Of a stretch of DNA of 64,000 nt, positions 59,465-64,000 are shown piece after piece (the stretch's first letter is position 1; every line of letters begins with the position of its first letter). Position numbers and translations under genes: made by a program. The notes under the pieces are model-generated. The model was not told the origin of the DNA and ran no database searches. It saw only the letters and a program-made list of their open reading frames with translations. Location of the stretch: positions 496,001 through 560,000 of the forward strand of contig CAKKNE010000005.1 of the NCBI GenBank assembly GCA_918797485.1. Reading direction: 5' to 3'. The DNA comes from Pelagomonas calceolata (lineage: Eukaryota).

Positions 59465-60346
59465 ATGCAGCGCCTGCTCCTCGCCTCACTCGTGGCCGCA
59501 GCCGCCGCCGCGGCGCCGCGACGCGTCGCCGTGACGGGCGCCGGCGGCCAGACGGGCCAGCTCGCGTTCCGGCGCATGTTAGCGAGACGCGACGAGTTCG
59601 ACCCGATAGGAATAGTACGAAACGCGCAAAGGCGGGACGAGCTCGTCGAGAAGGGAGTGCCAGCGGACAACGTGCGCGTCGCCGACGTGACTGATGCACA
59701 AGCGATCCTCGAAGCGCTCGAGGGCTGCGAAGCGTTGCTCATCGGCTCGTCGGCGAAAGTCGCGACGCTCGAGTTCGACACTGGTGTGATTGACCCGGCG
59801 ACGGGCCGGCCCAAGCTCGGCTTCCCGAAGGGCCAGCCCTATGAAGTGGACTGGCTCGGCCAGAGGAATCAGATTGACGCCGCGAAAAAGTGTGGTTGTA
59901 CCCATGTCGTGATCTGCTCGAGCATGGGCGGGACAAATCCTGATCACATGCTCAACGGCTTGGGGCGGGACGACGGCGACCCTGCGACAAAAGGGAACAT
60001 CCTCCAGTGGAAACGGAAAGCTGAGCAATATTTGATTGAGAGCGGGCTCACGTACACGATCATTCATCCGGGCGGCCTGGTGGACAAGCCGGGCGGCTGC
60101 CGCGAATTAGTCGTAGGTGTCGACGACGTCATGGTCGACGGCGAGGGGACGAACACGATTCCTAGGGACGACGTCGCCGAGACCATGGTCCAGGCCCTGC
60201 GCCACGAGGCGTTCCGGAACCGGTCCTTCGACCTGCGGTCGAAGCTCGAGGGCGACGGCGACCCGACGTCCGACTTTGCGCGGCTCCTGGCGCCGCTCGG
60301 GGGGCGCGACTGCGACTACTCGCTGGGGAAGATTCCGGACGATTAA
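59465..60346 (+). CDS. NAD(P)-binding atypical SDR (NAD_binding_10)
   Basis: VTGAGGQTG, VDWLGQRNQIDAAK, SSMGGT and WKRKAEQYLIESGLTYTIIHPGGL. Confidence 0.92.
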   Translation: MQRLLLASLVAAAAAAAPRRVAVTGAGGQTGQLAFRRMLARRDEFDPIGIVRNAQRRDELVEKGVPADNVRVADVTDAQAILEALEGCEALLIGSSAKVATLEFDTGVIDPATGRPKLGFPKGQPYEVDWLGQRNQIDAAKKCGCTHVVICSSMGGTNPDHMLNGLGRDDGDPATKGNILQWKRKAEQYLIESGLTYTIIHPGGLVDKPGGCRELVVGVDDVMVDGEGTNTIPRDDVAETMVQALRHEAFRNRSFDLRSKLEGDGDPTSDFARLLAPLGGRDCDYSLGKIPDD

Positions 60347-60362
60347 TAATAGTGTGTCTTAT

Positions 60363-61952
60363 CTAGAGGTACACGACCACCGCGGCGGCGCCCTCCGACT
60401 GCTCCGAGATGCGTGCGCCGGCCCGACCGAACGTGAGTTCGTGCATGTCTCCGTCCGCATCCAGCTCGATGCGCCAGCAGTAGTTGAACTTTTCGGCTTC
60501 ATAGGTCTTCCTGACGTGTTCCAGCACCATTTGATTCATACGATCACCACCTACATCATTTTCTCGAAAATGCGCGAGCTGGTCCTCCAAAGATTCTCCT
60601 TTGTTTGCCCCTCCGTGACGGTCGTTCGTCCCACCGATCACCATAATCTGGTCCCCGACGACGACACAGGTGGAGTGCTCGTAATTGACCCCCGAGAGAG
60701 GAGTCGTCACGCCCTCCTGCAGCGCCCGGAGGTCGTCGGCCGTCGGCGCGCGGTCCACTTCCACCACGTAGCGCTCCTCCTTCTTCTGCGACGGTCGCGC
60801 GTGCGAGAAATGGCTCGGCAATTCTCGAATCTCCGTCCACCACTTGCCGAGCCATTTCTCTAGGTGCTGCTCGTCGTCCGTGACGAGGATGTCGAAGGGC
60901 CCGGTGCGGCCTGCGCTACACTGTTCGAACGCGCCGTAGTCGCCGATGATCCGTCCCTTCGTGCCGCGCACCGCGACCGGCCGGCAGATGCCAAGGCCGC
61001 CGTCAGTATTCCAACCCCTCACGCGATCCGGCGTGACGTCGCTCTTCTCGACGCGGCGGAGCACGGTCGGCTCCTCGTACGTGCGCCCACGCCGAACGGC
61101 GAGTAACCGCGGCGCATAAAGGTAGCAATGTCGCCCGTGGAAGATCATCAGGTGGCTGCCGACCGCGGCGGCACAGCCCCCGAATACTTTGCCCTTGACG
61201 GGCGGGAGGAACTCCCAGCGGTCCGCGGCCGCGTCGTAGCGCTCCACAGTATTGCTCTCGTCGCCGAACGCCTGGCCGCCGGCGACGACGAGCTGACCTT
61301 CGAGCAGAGCGCCCACCGCCCGCCAGCGCGGGTGACCCAGCCGCGCGCCGGCCGACCAGAGCCCCGTCTTCGGATCAAAGATCTCGCACGACCGGAGTTC
61401 GGGTCCGGTCTGACCAATACCGCCCGCACACATAATGCGCCCATCCGGCAGCGCGGCCACGATGGGCGCGTGGCGGGGGCACGGCACGCCCGGCGCCTCG
61501 CTCCACGTCGCCGTCCAGAGGTCGTAGACGAGCGTCCTTTCGGGCGCCTCACCAAATTTGTGACTACCGCCCACGACATATATCTTGCGGCCGACGGCCG
61601 CGGCGCCATGGAGATAGCGCGGCTCCGGCATCGGCGGGCCGTCGAACCATGGCCCACCGAGGCCAATCCTAAAGCTGATCTTCGTTGAGATGTTGCCGCT
61701 GGTGCCTGGAAAATAGTCGCTCCCGCCGATCAGCGCGATGAGCGGCTCGGTGTCCATCGTCGCGCGCAGGTCGCTCAACTCTTTGCTCTCCACCGAGGCC
61801 CGCCAGGATTTACAGACGGCGCGCGCCTGGACGAGGCTTTTGAGGTCGACAGGGGCCAAAATACGAGCCAGGAGCTCGTCCGGCAAGTAGTTGGCGCCAG
61901 TGGTCATGGAGGCGAAATCATTCGTCATCGATGCAACGTCGTCCGTAGCCAT
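60363..61952 (-). CDS. F-box / Kelch-repeat protein
   Basis: LPDELLARIL...ARAVCKSWR F-box. Kelch repeats IYVVGG, IMCAGG and LVVAGG with W. Confidence 0.9.
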   Translation of the reverse strand: MATDDVASMTNDFASMTTGANYLPDELLARILAPVDLKSLVQARAVCKSWRASVESKELSDLRATMDTEPLIALIGGSDYFPGTSGNISTKISFRIGLGGPWFDGPPMPEPRYLHGAAAVGRKIYVVGGSHKFGEAPERTLVYDLWTATWSEAPGVPCPRHAPIVAALPDGRIMCAGGIGQTGPELRSCEIFDPKTGLWSAGARLGHPRWRAVGALLEGQLVVAGGQAFGDESNTVERYDAAADRWEFLPPVKGKVFGGCAAAVGSHLMIFHGRHCYLYAPRLLAVRRGRTYEEPTVLRRVEKSDVTPDRVRGWNTDGGLGICRPVAVRGTKGRIIGDYGAFEQCSAGRTGPFDILVTDDEQHLEKWLGKWWTEIRELPSHFSHARPSQKKEERYVVEVDRAPTADDLRALQEGVTTPLSGVNYEHSTCVVVGDQIMVIGGTNDRHGGANKGESLEDQLAHFRENDVGGDRMNQMVLEHVRKTYEAEKFNYCWRIELDADGDMHELTFGRAGARISEQSEGAAAVVVYL

Positions 61953-62107
61953 GGGGACGGTATGCGCGCCGCGGCGGCGTGCCAAAAAATATAATTGGTC
62001 TCACAAAACGGGTTTTCCGGCGCCCCGCGGACGGACTCGGGTCAGTGCTAGAGGGGCTGCTCAATAAGCGACCCTCTGAGTAGCGGGAATTTGTTCCATT
62101 CTTACTC

Positions 62108-62815
62108 CTACCGGACGCATCGCGCGTACCACGCGCTCCGCTGCGCCGCGACGCCAGCCTCGAACGCCGCACGCACAACGCCGTCGTCGGGATCATCCAC
62201 CCAAGAGGCGTCGCAGGTCCCCAGGGACGACGAGACGTCGCTGGATGACGCGTCGTCCTCTCCGGGAAACGCCCGGAGCAGCGCGCGCCACTCCGAACCA
62301 CGCAAGTAATTCGACGCCCACCCAGCGCCTAACCGTTCCAAATCGACGCACGCCAGCGCGAGGGGCAGGTCGTAGAGCTGCGCGAGGAGGTAGGCCGCAA
62401 AGGCGCGCGAGCCCCGGCCGCAGACGTAGACCGGAGGTCCCTCGACCAAGTGCGGCGCCAGGTTCCGCGCCTGCACCACGACGTCGTCCGACACGACCTC
62501 AGCGATGCGGAAGTCGTACTCGAGCCGCTCCAGCGCGCCCCTTCTTTCCCAGTGGGGATCCGGCCCGACCATCAAGAGCCCAGGCACGGCCCAGAAGCTT
62601 CCGGGAATCGGGCCCGCTCGACTGCGGAAGGGGAAGGGCGGCGCCCGCGCCAGTATGGCGGGGTGCGGCCGCCACGCGAGCGCCGGTTCAGGCTCCGGTC
62701 CCGGTAACGGGCGCGGCGGGTAGACGTAGTTCGCTCGGTGGTGGTCTATCGGTTCGTCGTCGTCGCCGTGCGGGAGCCAGGGGTCGTCGCTGCGCGGAGG
62801 CAGGACGTCGGTCAT
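62108..62815 (-). CDS. Hypothetical protein, possibly a degenerate dual-specificity phosphatase
   Basis: SFWAVPGLLMVGP and PVYVCGRGSRAFAAYLLAQLYDL resemble PTP/DSP segments but lack HCX5R. Confidence 0.5.
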   Translation of the reverse strand: MTDVLPPRSDDPWLPHGDDDEPIDHHRANYVYPPRPLPGPEPEPALAWRPHPAILARAPPFPFRSRAGPIPGSFWAVPGLLMVGPDPHWERRGALERLEYDFRIAEVVSDDVVVQARNLAPHLVEGPPVYVCGRGSRAFAAYLLAQLYDLPLALACVDLERLGAGWASNYLRGSEWRALLRAFPGEDDASSSDVSSSLGTCDASWVDDPDDGVVRAAFEAGVAAQRSAWYARCVR

Positions 62816-63010
62816 CGTTTTCGCAGAGTGGCCGCGTGACACTGTGGCCTTTGTCGGAGAGCGTAGGGGCAGCCCCTCACTGGCGCCGCGGCGGCCGGCG
62901 TCCCGTGGCGGCGGGCGTCTGGCGCTTAGAAAGGGTCAGTTGGGCTTGTGCTGGACGTCCGCGACGCACTCGGGCTCCGCAAGCCTCCTGAGAGCCTCGG
63001 GGCGCTGTGC

Positions 63011-63034
63011 GCTAGTGTCTTACATGCCGCTAGC
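63011..63034 (+). promoter_or_regulatory. Recurrent 24-bp upstream motif
   Basis: gctagtgtcttacatgccgctagc, identical to the 37720 copy, between divergent genes. Confidence 0.7.
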
Positions 63035-63148
63035 TCAGCTCAGCGCTCTCACGTTCAAGCGCTGCTGTCGCGACCGCTGGGCCACGAAAAAATACCTTGG
63101 TGCAGTCATTCAGACCCATATAAAGTCGCGGATCCACGCCAGCCAGCG

Positions 63149-64000
63149 ATGCGGGTCGTGGTGCCGCTCGCAGCGCTGCTGCTCGGGACGACCGTCGAGC
63201 CGCTCGCGCTGAAGAGGAGAGGAGGCCTCACGAAAAGCAAGAAGAAAAAGAAGCTCAAGAAGGCACCGCCGCCCGCGCCCGTCGCGCGGGCGCCGCGGGC
63301 GCCGCTCTCGTGGTCGCTCTCGCCGGAAGAGCACATGGCCGCCGTCTCAAATGCAGTCGCGAGCGCCGCCGACGGCATACAAACAGCGCTCGCCGACGGC
63401 AACTTCTTCGCAAAAGAGTCGTTCCTCGACGAGAGGAGTGTACAAGCGATGGCTGAGGAAGCAAGACGCCTAGATCCTACACTAGTGCCGTCACAGTCGA
63501 CGCGCTACGAAGCCGGAAATACAATCGCCTACGACAAGGAGGGCGTGCGGTCGACGCAAATTCTGGGAGGGAACGATTATGACAAGGCGCCGCGACTGAC
63601 CGAATACGTGGTTTCGCTCACGGCAGCCCTGTCGGGCGTCGCCGGGCAAGTGAGACCGCTCTCGCCGAGTCGCCAGACGAACAAACTCGCGGTCTGCGAT
63701 GCGATCGGCGCGTCGTACCCAAAACACATCGATAATGGCGGTGGTGATGACCCGCGCCTGCTGACCGCTATATTATATTTGAGTGGAGATGTCGACGGGG
63801 GCCGCTTCCGCTCATATCAAGCGACGGAGGACGTCGTCACGGCGGAGGTCGCGCCGGCGCCGGGCACCTTTGTGTGCTTCTGGAGCGACCGCCTCGTCCA
63901 CGACGTCTCCGCCGTCACCCGTTTAGATGAGGCGCGGTGGGCGCTGACCGTCTGGCTCTGCACGGACGACGACGTCGTCGAGGCGACGCCCGATGAAGTC
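63149..64000 (+). CDS. 2OG-Fe(II) prolyl-4-hydroxylase (EGLN-like); runs off the window end
   Basis: Signal peptide; YPKHIDN, RLLTAILYL, FWSDRLVHDV and RWALTVWL read from the sequence. Confidence 0.85.
   Translation, partial: MRVVVPLAALLLGTTVEPLALKRRGGLTKSKKKKKLKKAPPPAPVARAPRAPLSWSLSPEEHMAAVSNAVASAADGIQTALADGNFFAKESFLDERSVQAMAEEARRLDPTLVPSQSTRYEAGNTIAYDKEGVRSTQILGGNDYDKAPRLTEYVVSLTAALSGVAGQVRPLSPSRQTNKLAVCDAIGASYPKHIDNGGGDDPRLLTAILYLSGDVDGGRFRSYQATEDVVTAEVAPAPGTFVCFWSDRLVHDVSAVTRLDEARWALTVWLCTDDDVVEATPDEV

Noticed and set aside
1..64000. Prokaryotic operon or defence island
   Set aside because: Spliceosomal introns, eukaryotic gene families and mixed gene orientation. The GTG/TTG starts in the ORF track are artefacts.
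1..64000. tRNA or rRNA genes
   Set aside because: No cloverleaf or rRNA signature was recognised by eye. tRNAscan/Infernal were not run.

Overview
This window is gene-dense, GC-rich eukaryotic nuclear DNA, most consistent with a pelagophyte alga (Pelagomonas/Aureococcus-like). That assignment is inferred from the short spliceosomal introns, the signal-peptide and plastid leaders, and the introner elements. About 37 protein-coding genes are supported. They include a Tic22-like protein, GSK3, an ABC1 kinase, TIPIN, a PKD2-like channel, apyrase, SEN2, a CDK, asparagine synthetase and a ~2,440-aa ankyrin/SF1-helicase (TRANK1-like) gene. Four features stand out. (1) At least four introns are miniature DNA transposons (introners) with TIRs and 8-bp target-site duplications, and they splice out scarlessly using a GC or GT donor taken from the TSD; a second family of related introns is also present. 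(2) A LINE-type reverse transcriptase with no visible endonuclease is followed by three near-identical 751-bp tandem repeats. (3) A 24-bp spaced-palindrome motif GCTAG-N14-CTAGC recurs upstream of genes 10-12 times, mostly in divergent promoters. (4) Several proteins have immune-like domain fusions: pseudo-AKR plus HET-like; ankyrin plus RelE-like plus helicase plus SAM; and Sel1 plus EF-hand plus DUF285 plus CaaX. All calls come from reading motifs by eye. No database searches were run.
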